From Coprothermobacterota bacterium (lineage in GTDB: Bacteria; Coprothermobacterota; Coprothermobacteria; Coprothermobacterales; Coprothermobacteraceae): a stretch of 64,000 bases of DNA. The first letter of the stretch is position 1, and each line of letters begins with the position of its first letter. Below are positions 18,957-29,449 of this stretch, piece after piece. Below the pieces are notes generated by a model. The model saw nothing but the letters and a program-made list of their open reading frames with translations, searched no databases and was not told the DNA's origin. The stretch lies in the NCBI GenBank assembly GCA_036679065.1, contig JAZIGN010000004.1, positions 96,001-160,000 of the forward strand, written 5' to 3'. The position numbers and the translations under genes were made by a program.

Positions 18957-18957
18957 T
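18928..18957 (+). promoter_or_regulatory. Sigma70-type promoter for tRNA-fMet/Met
   Basis: TTGACA-18 nt-TATAAT with extended TG, 12 nt upstream of the tRNA. Confidence 0.85.
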
Positions 18958-18969
18958 TCATGTTGAGGT

Positions 18970-19046
<77 letters not shown>

Positions 19047-19059
19047 TGTTTTTTTATAT

Positions 19060-19134
19060 GGCGGCGTAGCTCAGAGGTAGAGCAGGCGGCTCATACCCGC
19101 CGTGTCCGGGGTTCGATTCCCTGCGCCGCCACCA
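19060..19134 (+). tRNA. tRNA with CAT anticodon, most likely elongator Met
   Basis: GGCGGCG acceptor stem, loop CTCATAC, TTCGATT T-loop, CCA end. Confidence 0.88.
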
Positions 19135-19158
19135 AAAGGCTGTTAACATATATCTGTT

Positions 19159-20103
19159 ATGCTAGAAAGAGCTTTCATCAATACGTTAAGAAGTAACCCC
19201 GAAATAGTAGGAACCCATGGAATCGTTTTGGCAGTGTCTGGGGGAGAAGACTCCATGGTTTTGCTGCATCTTGTGAAGAGGTTTGAAAACCACTTGCCAC
19301 AAAATATTGTCGTAGCAACTCTTAATCATGGGATTAGACGGGACACAATAGAGGATGTAAAGTTAGTAATTCAGTATGCAGAAAACTGTGGTTTTCCAGT
19401 TTTAGTTGGTACTTTGAGTCCCAAATTGTACAGTGACGAGAACACTTTGCGCAACCACAGAAGAGCTTTTCTTCTAGAAGTCATGAATCAAGTAAGAGCC
19501 GACCGGATCTGGACTGCCCACCATGCAGATGACGCTGTGGAGACCTTGGTCCTGAGGATTAGTCGTGGTGCTGGTTTGATGGGAGCTGCAGGCCCAAGAA
19601 TTTACGAAGACCCGTGGGCGAAGCCGCTTTTGAGGGTAATGAGTGAGGAAATTACAGAATACAGAATGCGTCTGGATATTCCTTTTAGGGAAGACAGTAC
19701 CAATTTACTTTCTGATTACAAGCGAAATAAGATCAGGCACGAACTCCTTCCTTTTTGGTCGGAGCTGCTGGGTTACGATGTGAGGAAAACTCTTTATTCC
19801 AGCCTTACGTCCATGTCAGTGTTCAGGGAGTTTGCTGAAGAACAAGGAAACAGACTACTTGACCAACTTACGCTAGAAAGAGCACCTAAAATGCTGAAAT
19901 TGAGACGTAAAGCTTTTCTTTCTTACTCACGCAGTTCACAGCTTGTGCTTTTTTACTTGGCTGTGAAGTCGGTTCAAGGAGGAGTAGCAAGTCGTGGACA
20001 CTTGGAGGATGCGCTGAACTGTGTAAGTAAGATTCGTGATAGGAATTTTGGCAATTTTGTCTTGAAAGTGTATAGAGAATTTTTTGTTGTGGAGGTGCTT
20101 TGA
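19159..20103 (+). CDS. tilS: tRNA(Ile)-lysidine synthetase (short form)
   Basis: AVSGGEDS, NHGIR, TAHHADD..ET...RG.G, EDSTN, RNKIRH; upstream of hpt-ftsH. Confidence 0.93.
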   Translation: MLERAFINTLRSNPEIVGTHGIVLAVSGGEDSMVLLHLVKRFENHLPQNIVVATLNHGIRRDTIEDVKLVIQYAENCGFPVLVGTLSPKLYSDENTLRNHRRAFLLEVMNQVRADRIWTAHHADDAVETLVLRISRGAGLMGAAGPRIYEDPWAKPLLRVMSEEITEYRMRLDIPFREDSTNLLSDYKRNKIRHELLPFWSELLGYDVRKTLYSSLTSMSVFREFAEEQGNRLLDQLTLERAPKMLKLRRKAFLSYSRSSQLVLFYLAVKSVQGGVASRGHLEDALNCVSKIRDRNFGNFVLKVYREFFVVEVL

Positions 20104-20651
20104 TGGAACCTGGTACCGCTGACACAGTCGAAAGAATACTGATTAGTGAGAGCGAGTTACAAGCCAAGGTCGCAGAATTAGCCAACCAGATCTCGCGTGA
20201 CTACGAGGGTAAGACCCCGTTGCTTGTTGGCATATTAAAAGGAGCTTTCGTCTTTCTTTCAGATTTAATAAGGCATGTTACCATACCAGTCCACGTTGGT
20301 TTTATGCAGGTTTCCAGCTATGGGAGTGGCACTGAGTCTTCCGGTATTGTGAAGATTTTGAAAGATTTGGACATATCTGTTGAGGGACGCCATGTCATCG
20401 TTGTGGAAGACATTGTTGACACGGGAGTAACCATGCAGCATCTCCTGGAATTACTTTCTGCTCGCAAGCCAGCAAGTCTGGCTGTGTGCGCTTTGCTGGA
20501 TAAAAAGGAAAGACGTCTAGTGGACGTGCATCTGAACTATGTTGGCTTTGAAATACCTAATGCGTTTGTTGTTGGGTACGGACTTGATTATGCGGAATAT
20601 TACCGGAATCTTCCTTTCATAGGGATTCCATATAAAAAGGTTTACGAATAG
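20100..20651 (+). CDS. hpt: Hypoxanthine phosphoribosyltransferase
   Basis: ILKGA..F..DL, VEDIVDTG.T, FVVGYGLDY...YRNLP. Confidence 0.97.
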   Translation: MMEPGTADTVERILISESELQAKVAELANQISRDYEGKTPLLVGILKGAFVFLSDLIRHVTIPVHVGFMQVSSYGSGTESSGIVKILKDLDISVEGRHVIVVEDIVDTGVTMQHLLELLSARKPASLAVCALLDKKERRLVDVHLNYVGFEIPNAFVVGYGLDYAEYYRNLPFIGIPYKKVYE

Positions 20652-20725
20652 CCTTGACTGGGTATATTCGTTAGACCCTGTAATGATAATGATAAAATGG
20701 GGTTAAAGGAGTTGAAAAGGAAAGA

Positions 20726-22543
20726 ATGAAGAACAATAGAAGACCGGATTTAGGTTTGTTAGTGTTCATAGTCGTGGCTTTAATCATAGTAACCATGATA
20801 GGGCCCTTATTTCTCGGAAGCAGCTTAATTCCTTCCACTGCTCCCACAACAGTTACAACCAGTGAAATTGTTGACATGATCGAAAAAGGCGAAATAGAAT
20901 CCATGATCATAGTCTCAAATTCAAGCGTCAAAGTAACAGCGAAAGATGGAAAAGTATATACTGCCGATATCGATTTGATTGCAGAAGGTCTCCTCTTGGA
21001 TGCTGCCAAGAGCAGCCCCACTCCGGTCACATTTAGTGTTCAGCAAGAAAAGACGAGCATATGGATAACGATTCTTGGGAACTGGATTCCCATTTTAGTT
21101 ATGCTCTTTTTCCTCATGTTCATGTTTAGACAAAGCTCTGCTGGGAGTAATCAGGTGTTCTCATTTACGCGGTCGAAGGCGCGCCTTTACATGGAGGACA
21201 AACCAACTGTCACTTTCAAGGATGTGGCAGGCTCCGAGGAAGCTAAAAAGGACCTCTTAGAAATCGTCGATTTTCTGAAGAACCCTAAGAAGTATCAGCT
21301 TATTGGTGCAAAGATTCCTAAGGGAGTGCTCTTAGTAGGCCCTCCCGGAGTTGGTAAGACTTTGATGGCGAAGGCTGTTGCTGGTGAGGCAGGAGTACCA
21401 TTTTTCTCCGTAAGTGGTTCTGAGTTTGTGGAAATGTTTGTGGGTGTTGGTGCTGCTCGCGTAAGGGATCTGTTCGAACAAGCTCGTAAATTTGCACCTT
21501 GCATTGTGTTTATCGACGAGATAGATGCAGTGGGAAGAGAAAGGGGAGCAGGCATAGGTGGCGGACATGACGAACGTGAACAAACATTGAACCAGCTTCT
21601 TGTTGAAATGGACGGCTTCGATCCTTATGCTGGAATCATAGTGCTTGCTGCAACCAACCGTCCAGACATACTTGACCCGGCTTTACTCAGACCAGGCAGG
21701 TTTGACAGAAAGGTCATTCTGGACATGCCAGACGTAAATGGAAGAAAACAGATATTGCTAATCCATATGAGGGGCAAGCCCATAGGACAGGATGTAGATG
21801 TGGATAGACTGGCTCAGCTTACTCCAGGTTTTAGTGGCGCAGACTTAGCCAACTTGGTTAACGAAGCAGCCCTATTGGCAGCTAGGAAAAACAAGAATGT
21901 AATTAGCATGGAAGAGTTTGAGGAAGCTGTTGAGAAGGTCATGCTTGGTCCTCAGCGAGGTCGAGTACTGAGTACTGAAGAGAAGAAAATAACTGCCTAC
22001 CACGAAATAGGGCATGCGGTTTGTACCACAATTCTTGACAACCCGAAGGAAGTGCATAAGATATCCATAGTGCCTAGAGGTATGGCTGTTGGCTACGTGT
22101 TCGGCGGTAGTAGTGAAGAGAAAGTCATGTACACAAGGGAAGAGCTTATTAAGAAGATCGCTGTCCTACTGGGTGGCAGGGCCTCTGAGGAGGTATTCTT
22201 AAATACTCAGACAACGGGAGCTCAGAACGATTTGCAGCGCGCCACGGACATAGCGCGCCGCATGGTAGTAGAGTGGGGCATGAGCGAACTGGGTCCTGTG
22301 ACCTTAGAAGAGCGTCAGGACTTAGTCTTCTTGGGGCGAGAGATAACAAGAAACAAGAATTACAGTGAAGCCACCGCCCAGCTAATCGACCAAAAAATCA
22401 AAGAGATATTGGAAGAGGCTTATGAAATGGCAAAGAAGACGCTCTCTGAGCGTGCAGAGAAAATCCATGCTTTGGCAGAAAGACTCATGGAAGTTGAAAC
22501 CATGTCTTCCGATGAGTTTTTGACACTTTTAGCGGAGGGGTGA
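20726..22543 (+). CDS. ftsH: ATP-dependent zinc metalloprotease FtsH
   Basis: Two TM helices, [26 protein letters not shown]. Confidence 0.98.
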   Translation: MKNNRRPDLGLLVFIVVALIIVTMIGPLFLGSSLIPSTAPTTVTTSEIVDMIEKGEIESMIIVSNSSVKVTAKDGKVYTADIDLIAEGLLLDAAKSSPTPVTFSVQQEKTSIWITILGNWIPILVMLFFLMFMFRQSSAGSNQVFSFTRSKARLYMEDKPTVTFKDVAGSEEAKKDLLEIVDFLKNPKKYQLIGAKIPKGVLLVGPPGVGKTLMAKAVAGEAGVPFFSVSGSEFVEMFVGVGAARVRDLFEQARKFAPCIVFIDEIDAVGRERGAGIGGGHDEREQTLNQLLVEMDGFDPYAGIIVLAATNRPDILDPALLRPGRFDRKVILDMPDVNGRKQILLIHMRGKPIGQDVDVDRLAQLTPGFSGADLANLVNEAALLAARKNKNVISMEEFEEAVEKVMLGPQRGRVLSTEEKKITAYHEIGHAVCTTILDNPKEVHKISIVPRGMAVGYVFGGSSEEKVMYTREELIKKIAVLLGGRASEEVFLNTQTTGAQNDLQRATDIARRMVVEWGMSELGPVTLEERQDLVFLGREITRNKNYSEATAQLIDQKIKEILEEAYEMAKKTLSERAEKIHALAERLMEVETMSSDEFLTLLAEG

Positions 22544-22545
22544 AT

Positions 22546-24204
22546 ATGGGACTGGAGGAAGGAAAAGAAAAATGGATGGAGCTTTACACCAAGCACATCG
22601 GTAAACACGCCGAAAGGCAAAAAGAGTTTATCCTGGATAGTGGGCTAGTTTTAGAGCCTATCTACGATCCTACCAACTCACAGTTCGAGTACGAACAGGA
22701 TTTGGGTTGGCCAGGGATGTATCCGTTCACACGTGGCGTCCAGCCGAACATGTACAGAGGTCGGTTCTGGACCATGAGGCAATATGCTGGTTACGGCACT
22801 GCGAAGGAGACTAACGAACGATTTAGGTACTTGCTGGAGCAAGGGCAAACAGGTTTGTCTGTGGCTTTTGACCTTCCTACGCAGATTGGTTACGACTCCG
22901 ATCATGAACTTTCGATGGGCGAAGTGGGAAAGGTTGGCGTTGCCATCGATACGGTGGAAGACATGCACTTACTTTTCGACCAGATTGACCTGTCGAAGGT
23001 TTCCACAAGTATGACCATAAATGCTCCTGCGGCTGTGCTTTTAGCAATGTATATTGTGGTCGCAGAGGAAAACGGATTAGACCGAAAGGTGCTTTCCGGT
23101 ACCATTCAAAACGACATACTTAAGGAATACGTGGCTCGCGGTACGTACATCTTTCCGCCGAAACCTTCTTTAAGGCTTATCGCTGACACTATTGAATTCT
23201 GTGCACAAGAAATGCCAAAATGGAATCCTATCTCCATAAGTGGATACCACATACGGGAGGCTGGAGCTAACGCCGTTGAAGAGATTGCTTTCACCTTTGC
23301 CAACGCGAAGGCTTACGTCGATGCAGTGCTTAAGAGAAACATTTCAGTGGACGATTTTGCTGGACAGCTTTCTTTCTTCTTTGCGGCACACAATAATCTT
23401 TTGGAAGAAGTTGCTAAATTCAGGGCTGCTCGCCGCTTGTGGGCAAAGATCATGAGGGAGCAGTACGGGGCAACAAAAGAACGTGCAATGATGCTTCGTT
23501 TCCACACGCAAACGGCTGGATCAACTTTGACGGCACAACAGCCGCTAAACAACATAATTCGTGTGACATTGCAGGCTTTGGCAGCAGTGCTAGGTGGTAC
23601 ACAGTCTTTGCATACAAATTCCTACGATGAAGCTCTTTCCTTACCCACTGAGGAGGCTGTCAAGGTGGCTCTAAGGACCCAGCAAATACTTGCCTATGAG
23701 TCTGGCGTGGCAGACACGGTTGACCCTCTTGGTGGAAGCTATGTTATTGAGCGACTAACCAATGAACTTGAAGAGAATATTGCAAGGGAATTGAAAGCCA
23801 TTGATGACATGGGAGGAGCTGTCGCTGCTATTGAGTCTGGCTACATGCAAAAGCGCATCGCTGAGAGTGCATACAAGTACTATAGGGGAGTAGCCAATGG
23901 GGAGAAAGTCATAGTTGGTGTTAATAAATTCGCTGATCCGGAGGAAGATCAAAGCTTCAGAGTTCTAAGGGTTGATCCAAAGATTCGAGAAGAGCAGATC
24001 GAATCTATCAATGCGGTTAAGAACAAACGCGACAATGCGAAGGTCGAAAACTCTCTTGAGGAGCTTAAGAAAGCAGCCATGACAGAAGATGTGAATTTAA
24101 TGCCGCTCATAATTGATGCTGTAAGAAATAGATGTACCTTAGGAGAAATAATGGATACTCTTAGGGACGTATTTGGCGAATACAGACCGCCTGTGGTTTT
24201 CTAA
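22546..24204 (+). CDS. Methylmalonyl-CoA mutase, substrate-binding subunit (split type)
   Basis: PFTRG, WTMRQYAG, QNDILKEYVARGTY, SISGYHIREAG, QSLHTN; Tyr and Arg at the specificity positions indicate MCM rather than isobutyryl-CoA mutase. Confidence 0.94.
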   Translation: MGLEEGKEKWMELYTKHIGKHAERQKEFILDSGLVLEPIYDPTNSQFEYEQDLGWPGMYPFTRGVQPNMYRGRFWTMRQYAGYGTAKETNERFRYLLEQGQTGLSVAFDLPTQIGYDSDHELSMGEVGKVGVAIDTVEDMHLLFDQIDLSKVSTSMTINAPAAVLLAMYIVVAEENGLDRKVLSGTIQNDILKEYVARGTYIFPPKPSLRLIADTIEFCAQEMPKWNPISISGYHIREAGANAVEEIAFTFANAKAYVDAVLKRNISVDDFAGQLSFFFAAHNNLLEEVAKFRAARRLWAKIMREQYGATKERAMMLRFHTQTAGSTLTAQQPLNNIIRVTLQALAAVLGGTQSLHTNSYDEALSLPTEEAVKVALRTQQILAYESGVADTVDPLGGSYVIERLTNELEENIARELKAIDDMGGAVAAIESGYMQKRIAESAYKYYRGVANGEKVIVGVNKFADPEEDQSFRVLRVDPKIREEQIESINAVKNKRDNAKVENSLEELKKAAMTEDVNLMPLIIDAVRNRCTLGEIMDTLRDVFGEYRPPVVF

Positions 24205-24225
24205 AAAGGGGGGTGCAGTTAGATC

Positions 24226-24618
24226 ATGGGAAGAAAAATTGTTGTGGCTAAACCTGGCTTGGACGGTCATGATAGGCAAGCAAAGGTTATTGCCCGAGTA
24301 TTGAAAGATAACGGTTACGATGTAGTCTATACGGGGATTAGACAAACGCCCAGTCAAATTGCTCAAACTGTTCTTCAAGAATCTGCTGATGTGGTTGTTC
24401 TGAACAATCTGAGTGGAGCTCATCTGGAACTTTTCCCTGAAACGGCCAAGAGAATACGTGAACTGGGTTTAAACCCTTTCATCATAGGAACAGGTGTCAT
24501 ACCACCTGAGGACCAGGAAGAGCTTTTGAAAAAAGGTTTAGACGTTGTCTTCGGGCCTGGAACGCCTCCGCAGACCATAGTGGAAGCCATAAAACAATGG
24601 GAACAAACCAATCCCTGA
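24226..24618 (+). CDS. Cobalamin-binding subunit of the mutase (atypical motifs)
   Basis: AKPGLDGHDR, LSGAH, IPPED, FGPGT. Confidence 0.92.
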   Translation: MGRKIVVAKPGLDGHDRQAKVIARVLKDNGYDVVYTGIRQTPSQIAQTVLQESADVVVLNNLSGAHLELFPETAKRIRELGLNPFIIGTGVIPPEDQEELLKKGLDVVFGPGTPPQTIVEAIKQWEQTNP

Positions 24619-25511
24619 TAAGGGCGCTAAGAAATGGCTCTCAGGCTGACATAGCGAGAGCTATTACCCTAATCGAGAAGAACGGCCAGAACATGTCCGA
24701 GTTCCTCAGGTTACTTTATGAGGAGGACACAAACCCTGTTCCACTAATCGGCCTAACCGGGTTTGGAGGAGCTGGGAAAAGCAGTCTTGTTGGGGTTCTA
24801 GCAGAGTCTTTGCTAAAAGCAGGTAAGAGAATCGGTATCATGGCTGTGGACCCTACATCTCCTAAATCTGGCGGTGCTTTGCTCGGGGACAGGATACGGC
24901 TTCAGCATCTTTTCCCAAATGAAAATCTATTTTTTAGAAGTTTTGCCAATAAAGGTGCTCTCGGGGGTCTAAGTCCACTCTTGATGGAGTCTGTGAAAAT
25001 CTTAGAAGTAGCAGGTTTTGACTACATATTCTTAGAAACCGTGGGCATCGGACAAAGTGAAGTGGATATAACTCATTTTGCGGATGTTGTGGTCTTGGTG
25101 CTTTCGCCTGGACTGGGCGATGAAATTCAATTTTTGAAGGGTGGCATTATGGAAATCGCTGACATATTAGTCATGAACAAAATGGATATGCCCAGTGCCA
25201 ACGTTAGTCTGGCAGCTCTGGAAGCTTATGCCAGACTTCTTGATGAACCACCAAGAGTGGTTCCTGTGTCAGCTATTGAGCGCCGCAACATTGATGTTCT
25301 TCTTTCCGAAATCAATGATTGTTACTGCAGAAAGCAGGAATCTCACGAGCTGGAACAAATAAGGAAACAGCGTAATAGAGCATTGTACCACTCATGGATG
25401 ATGCAGATGCTAGAACCCATTGTGGATCAGTGTTACAGTGAAGGAGAAGTTCCTTATATTGCTGCAAAGACCTTTGTAGATAGCATAGGGAGGTGCTTAA
25501 ATGAATATTGA
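24597..25511 (+). CDS. meaB: MeaB/ArgK GTPase chaperone of the mutase
   Basis: GFGGAGKSS, AVDPTS..SGGALLGDRIR, ETVG.GQSE, NKMD. Confidence 0.95.
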   Translation: MGTNQSLIRALRNGSQADIARAITLIEKNGQNMSEFLRLLYEEDTNPVPLIGLTGFGGAGKSSLVGVLAESLLKAGKRIGIMAVDPTSPKSGGALLGDRIRLQHLFPNENLFFRSFANKGALGGLSPLLMESVKILEVAGFDYIFLETVGIGQSEVDITHFADVVVLVLSPGLGDEIQFLKGGIMEIADILVMNKMDMPSANVSLAALEAYARLLDEPPRVVPVSAIERRNIDVLLSEINDCYCRKQESHELEQIRKQRNRALYHSWMMQMLEPIVDQCYSEGEVPYIAAKTFVDSIGRCLNEY

Positions 25512-25905
25512 ACACGTAGAACACGTTGGCATAGCCATGCCTTCCGAAGAAGAATCACTGCAAGTGGGAAGACTGCTATTTGGCAGGGAACCAGACGTCA
25601 TAGAAGAGGTGCCCTCGCAGAAAGTGAAAACCTACATTTACAGGGTGGGGCAAACAAAGATAGAGTTCCTGGTGCCCACTTCTGAAGACAGTACCATAGC
25701 TAAATTCTTAGCTGATCGGGGGCAGGGCTTGCACCATCTGGCTTTTGCTGTTGACAGTGTTCAAGAAGCTATTCAAGAGCTCAAAGAAAAAGGTGTGCGT
25801 ATGATCGACGAAAGTCCTCGTGAAGGTGTTGAGGGGACAAGAATCGCTTTCATACACCCGAAAAGCACTGGTAAAGTCTTAGTGGAACTGGTAGAAGGAG
25901 AGTAA
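25501..25905 (+). CDS. mce: Methylmalonyl-CoA epimerase
   Basis: HVGIA, Q.V, GLHHLAF.V, AFIHPKS..VLVEL. Confidence 0.95.
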   Translation: MNIEHVEHVGIAMPSEEESLQVGRLLFGREPDVIEEVPSQKVKTYIYRVGQTKIEFLVPTSEDSTIAKFLADRGQGLHHLAFAVDSVQEAIQELKEKGVRMIDESPREGVEGTRIAFIHPKSTGKVLVELVEGE

Positions 25906-25908
25906 ACC

Positions 25909-27453
25909 ATGGATTGGGAAGAACTATTGGAGCAGTACAGGCAGCGAAAAGAGAAGATCTTTGAAGGGGGCGGTAAGGAGCGTATTAAGAAAATCAAAGA
26001 TGCTGGCAAACTAACCGCTCGAGAACGTATTGAGTATTTACTCGATCTGAACAGTTTTGTGGAGATCGGCGCTTTTGTGGAGCACAGAGCAACTGCATTG
26101 GGGATGGATAAAACAAAAGCACCTGCAGATGGTGTGGTTACAGGATTTGGAACCATTGATGGTCGTCTAGTGTTTGTTGCTTCTCAGGACTTCTCGGTGC
26201 TAGGCGGGTCTGTGGGTGAGATGCACGCGGCTAAGATAGCCAGGATACAGGATATGGCAGTGCAGTACAAGGCCCCTGTGATTATAATGAACGATTCAGG
26301 TGGTGCTCGCATTCAAGAAGGCGTCGACGCTCTAAAGGGCTATGGTGATATTTTCTACCGGAATGTAAAAGCATCAGGTGTGGTTCCTCAGATAGCCATA
26401 GTATTTGGTCCTTGTGCTGGTGGTGCAGTTTATTCGCCTGCACTCATGGATTTTGTCTTAATGACCTCCAATGCATACATGTTCATAACAGGGCCAAAGG
26501 TAGTGGAAACCGTAACCGGAGAGCAGGTTACCAATGAACAACTGGGTGGCCCTCTGGTTCATGCTCAGAAATCAGGAAACATACATTTTGTTGCAGACAC
26601 TGATGAAGAAGCCATTGATCTGACACGGAAATTACTTTCTTATTTGCCAAACAGCGCTTATGAAAAACCGCTTTATGTGGAGCCAAAAGATGATCCCACT
26701 CGTTTAGTTCCTGAGCTTATGGATATCATACCTCCCGAACCTAACAAAGCCTTTGACATAAAACAAGTCATAAGAGCCATTGTAGATGACGGGGAGTTTT
26801 TGGAGGTGCAGCCAGAATTTGCTCGAAGTATGGTAACCGGATTTGCACGGTTGGGTGGCCACGTCATCGGGATTGTGGCAAACCAATCTTCATATATGGC
26901 TGGTGTATTAGATATTGATTCTTCTGATAAAGCAGCTAGGTTCGTTAGGACTTGTAATGTATTTAACATTCCCATTGTGACCCTCGTGGACACGCCCGGC
27001 TACATGCCAGGGACTCAACAGGAATACGGTGGCATAATTCGTCATGGAGCAAAACTGCTTTATGCCTATTCTGAAGCGCAGGTTCCAAAAATCACACTTA
27101 TTGTGAGGAAAGCGTTCGGTGGAGCCTACATTGCCATGGGGTCTAAGCATCTTGGCGCCGACATAGTTTTCGCATTGCCTTCGGCTCAGGTTGCTGTCAT
27201 GGAGGCCGAAGGAGCAGCTAACATCGTCTTTAGAAAGGAAATAGAAAGTGCAGAGAATCCTGACCAAGTGAGAGCAGAAAAGATAAACGAGTACCGTCAG
27301 CAGTTTTCAAATCCTTTTGTAGCTGCATCCAGGCTTTATGTGGATGATGTTATCGAGCCGCAATTTGTGCGTCTGGCTCTCTATAACGGTCTCGAACTTA
27401 CGTTTTCCAAGAAAGATTCCGTGGGTGTTAAGCATGGGAACATTCCATTGTAG
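25909..27453 (+). CDS. mmdA: Methylmalonyl-CoA decarboxylase alpha (carboxyltransferase) subunit
   Basis: GKLTARER, DSGGARIQEG, GPCAGGAVYSP, GIIRHGAK, KHGNIPL. Confidence 0.93.
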   Translation: MDWEELLEQYRQRKEKIFEGGGKERIKKIKDAGKLTARERIEYLLDLNSFVEIGAFVEHRATALGMDKTKAPADGVVTGFGTIDGRLVFVASQDFSVLGGSVGEMHAAKIARIQDMAVQYKAPVIIMNDSGGARIQEGVDALKGYGDIFYRNVKASGVVPQIAIVFGPCAGGAVYSPALMDFVLMTSNAYMFITGPKVVETVTGEQVTNEQLGGPLVHAQKSGNIHFVADTDEEAIDLTRKLLSYLPNSAYEKPLYVEPKDDPTRLVPELMDIIPPEPNKAFDIKQVIRAIVDDGEFLEVQPEFARSMVTGFARLGGHVIGIVANQSSYMAGVLDIDSSDKAARFVRTCNVFNIPIVTLVDTPGYMPGTQQEYGGIIRHGAKLLYAYSEAQVPKITLIVRKAFGGAYIAMGSKHLGADIVFALPSAQVAVMEAEGAANIVFRKEIESAENPDQVRAEKINEYRQQFSNPFVAASRLYVDDVIEPQFVRLALYNGLELTFSKKDSVGVKHGNIPL

Positions 27454-27465
27454 GGGCGATGAAAG

Positions 27466-27795
27466 ATGATGGCAAGTTTTCTTGATTCTTTAATTCTCAC
27501 TGTCGTGGGACTGGCTGTTGTCTTCCTTGTCCTGATTGTTAATGCATTAGTGACTTCTCTACTTAAGTCGTTTGGCAAAGAAAAGAGGGAAATGCCCGCT
27601 ATGGCACCTCCCCAGGAAGTGAAGCTAGAGCAGGAAGCGGCAAAAAGCTTAATCAAGCCAGAGGCCGAAACTTCGGAAGAAATAGAGCCAGAGGTGGTAG
27701 CGGCTATTGCGGCCGTTTTGCATTATCACATGTTAAGAATGTCAAAGGTGAATTATGGTGTTGTACACCGCACAGATGTTAGGAGGGGACTGTGA
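27466..27795 (+). CDS. mmdD: Decarboxylase delta/OadG-like membrane anchor
   Basis: Single N-terminal TM (G.AVVF.VL), E.VAAIAAVL; between alpha and biotin carrier. Confidence 0.85.
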   Translation: MMASFLDSLILTVVGLAVVFLVLIVNALVTSLLKSFGKEKREMPAMAPPQEVKLEQEAAKSLIKPEAETSEEIEPEVVAAIAAVLHYHMLRMSKVNYGVVHRTDVRRGL

Positions 27796-27796
27796 T

Positions 27797-28240
27797 ATGG
27801 GCAAGGTGTTTCAATATGTTGTTAGGGTGAATGGAAAAGAATACAATGTAGAGATCGAATCGGACAGCGAAGAGATTTTCATAAAAAGTATTACGAGAAC
27901 CGCTACCTCGCAGGCACAAACTAAGGAGCCAGCAGGCCCTCAAAGGGTTGAACAGGCTCCAGCGCCAGCCCCAGCACCAGTAGCTCCCAGTGCACCACAA
28001 AAACCAGCCGCAGCAGCTAAGGCAGGCGGAACGGTGGTAGAAGCCCCGTTACCAGGTAAGATTTTAAGGATTAACGTGTCAGCGGGTAATCAGGTAAAAC
28101 GTGGTGATTTGTTGCTAATCTTGGAAGCTATGAAAATGGAGAATGAAATTCTGGCACCCGTTGACGGAGTCGTGGACAGTGTACTGGTCTCACCAAACCA
28201 GACGGTAAACACACATGATCCTTTAGTAGTACTTAAGTAG
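27797..28240 (+). CDS. mmdC: Biotin carboxyl carrier (gamma) subunit
   Basis: Y.V.VNGK.Y.VE, Ala/Pro linker, EAMKMENEI. Confidence 0.95.
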   Translation: MGKVFQYVVRVNGKEYNVEIESDSEEIFIKSITRTATSQAQTKEPAGPQRVEQAPAPAPAPVAPSAPQKPAAAAKAGGTVVEAPLPGKILRINVSAGNQVKRGDLLLILEAMKMENEILAPVDGVVDSVLVSPNQTVNTHDPLVVLK

Positions 28241-28249
28241 GTGCGGCAT

Positions 28250-29443
28250 ATGGAGCTAACAATATCTAATCTGTTTCAGACGCTTTGGCAGAGTACTAGT
28301 ATTGCGGCCGCTGGTGTGGCTCAGTGGAAAGACTGGATCATGGTGGTTGTAGCACTGGTACTTCTTTATTTGGGAGTTTTTAAGAAAATAGAACCATTGC
28401 TTTTGGTACCAATTGGTTTTGGTGCTCTGCTTTCTAATTTACCCGTGGCTGGTGGTTATTTCTTGTCGCTGGATTACGTAAAGCAGGTGGGTGAGCTGAA
28501 TCAAATTGTCAGCCCGCATTTGCCATTGCTAGGGGACATCCTTTATTTCGGAGTGAAAAACGAGATTTATCCCATACTCATATTCATTGGTATAGGTGCC
28601 ATGACAGATTTCGGCCCCTTAATCGCACAGCCTTCTTCCTTCCTGATGGGTGCCGCTGCTCAGTTTGGTGTCTACGCCGCTCTGATAATCTCAGTCTTGC
28701 TTGGGTTTAATCTCAAAGAAGCTGCTGCTATTGGTATCATAGGAGGTGCGGATGGACCTACAGCCATTTACTTGGCAGTAAAGCTGGCTCCTCATCTACT
28801 CGGTCCCATTGCAGTTGCTGCCTACACGTATATGTCACTTGTCCCTATCATACAACCCCCCATAATGCGCCTCATGGTAACAGAAAAAGAGGCGAAAGTG
28901 AGGATGAAGGAGCTTAGGAATGTAAGTAAGGTAGAAAGGATACTTTTCCCCATTGCCATAACCGTTGTGACCTCCATTTTTGTACCCGCTTCGACACCAC
29001 TCATAGGGGCCATAATGTTTGGGAACCTGCTAAAAGAAGCTGGTGAAACAAGGCGACTAGCTGAAACTGCTGGAAACGAGCTCATAAACATTGTTACGAT
29101 TTTCCAAGCCTTGGCAGTGGGAGCCTCCATGAAGGCAGATACATTCCTGACTTTGCAAACTCTTGAGATCGTGGTCCTGGGCGTACTGGCTTTTGCGTTT
29201 GCGACGTTCGGTGGTCTACTGCTGGGTAAGATCATGTACTACATCACAGGTGGGAAGGTAAATCCGCTCATCGGCTCAGCAGGAGTATCAGCTGTGCCCA
29301 TGTCTGCTCGTGTTTCTCAGACGGTGGCACAATCTTACGATCCTGAGAATTTTGTGCTTATGCACGCCATGGGTCCTAACGTAGCTGGAGTTGTTGGAAC
29401 GGCTGTTGCAGCTGGTGTTTTCCTTGCACTCCTGGGAGGCTAA
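28250..29443 (+). CDS. mmdB: Na+-translocating decarboxylase beta subunit
   Basis: EPLLLVPIGFG, GAMTDFGPL, GIIGGADGPT, SAGVSAVPM.AR, HAMGPNVAG. Confidence 0.96.
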   Translation: MELTISNLFQTLWQSTSIAAAGVAQWKDWIMVVVALVLLYLGVFKKIEPLLLVPIGFGALLSNLPVAGGYFLSLDYVKQVGELNQIVSPHLPLLGDILYFGVKNEIYPILIFIGIGAMTDFGPLIAQPSSFLMGAAAQFGVYAALIISVLLGFNLKEAAAIGIIGGADGPTAIYLAVKLAPHLLGPIAVAAYTYMSLVPIIQPPIMRLMVTEKEAKVRMKELRNVSKVERILFPIAITVVTSIFVPASTPLIGAIMFGNLLKEAGETRRLAETAGNELINIVTIFQALAVGASMKADTFLTLQTLEIVVLGVLAFAFATFGGLLLGKIMYYITGGKVNPLIGSAGVSAVPMSARVSQTVAQSYDPENFVLMHAMGPNVAGVVGTAVAAGVFLALLGG

Positions 29444-29449
29444 TGACTT

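Noticed and set aside
22546..24204. Isobutyryl-CoA or other variant mutase
   Set aside because: RQYAG (Tyr) and ARGTY (Arg), plus adjacent epimerase and decarboxylase, fit methylmalonyl-CoA mutase
27955..28025. CCAGC-like short repeats
   Set aside because: They encode the normal Ala/Pro linker of the biotin carrier
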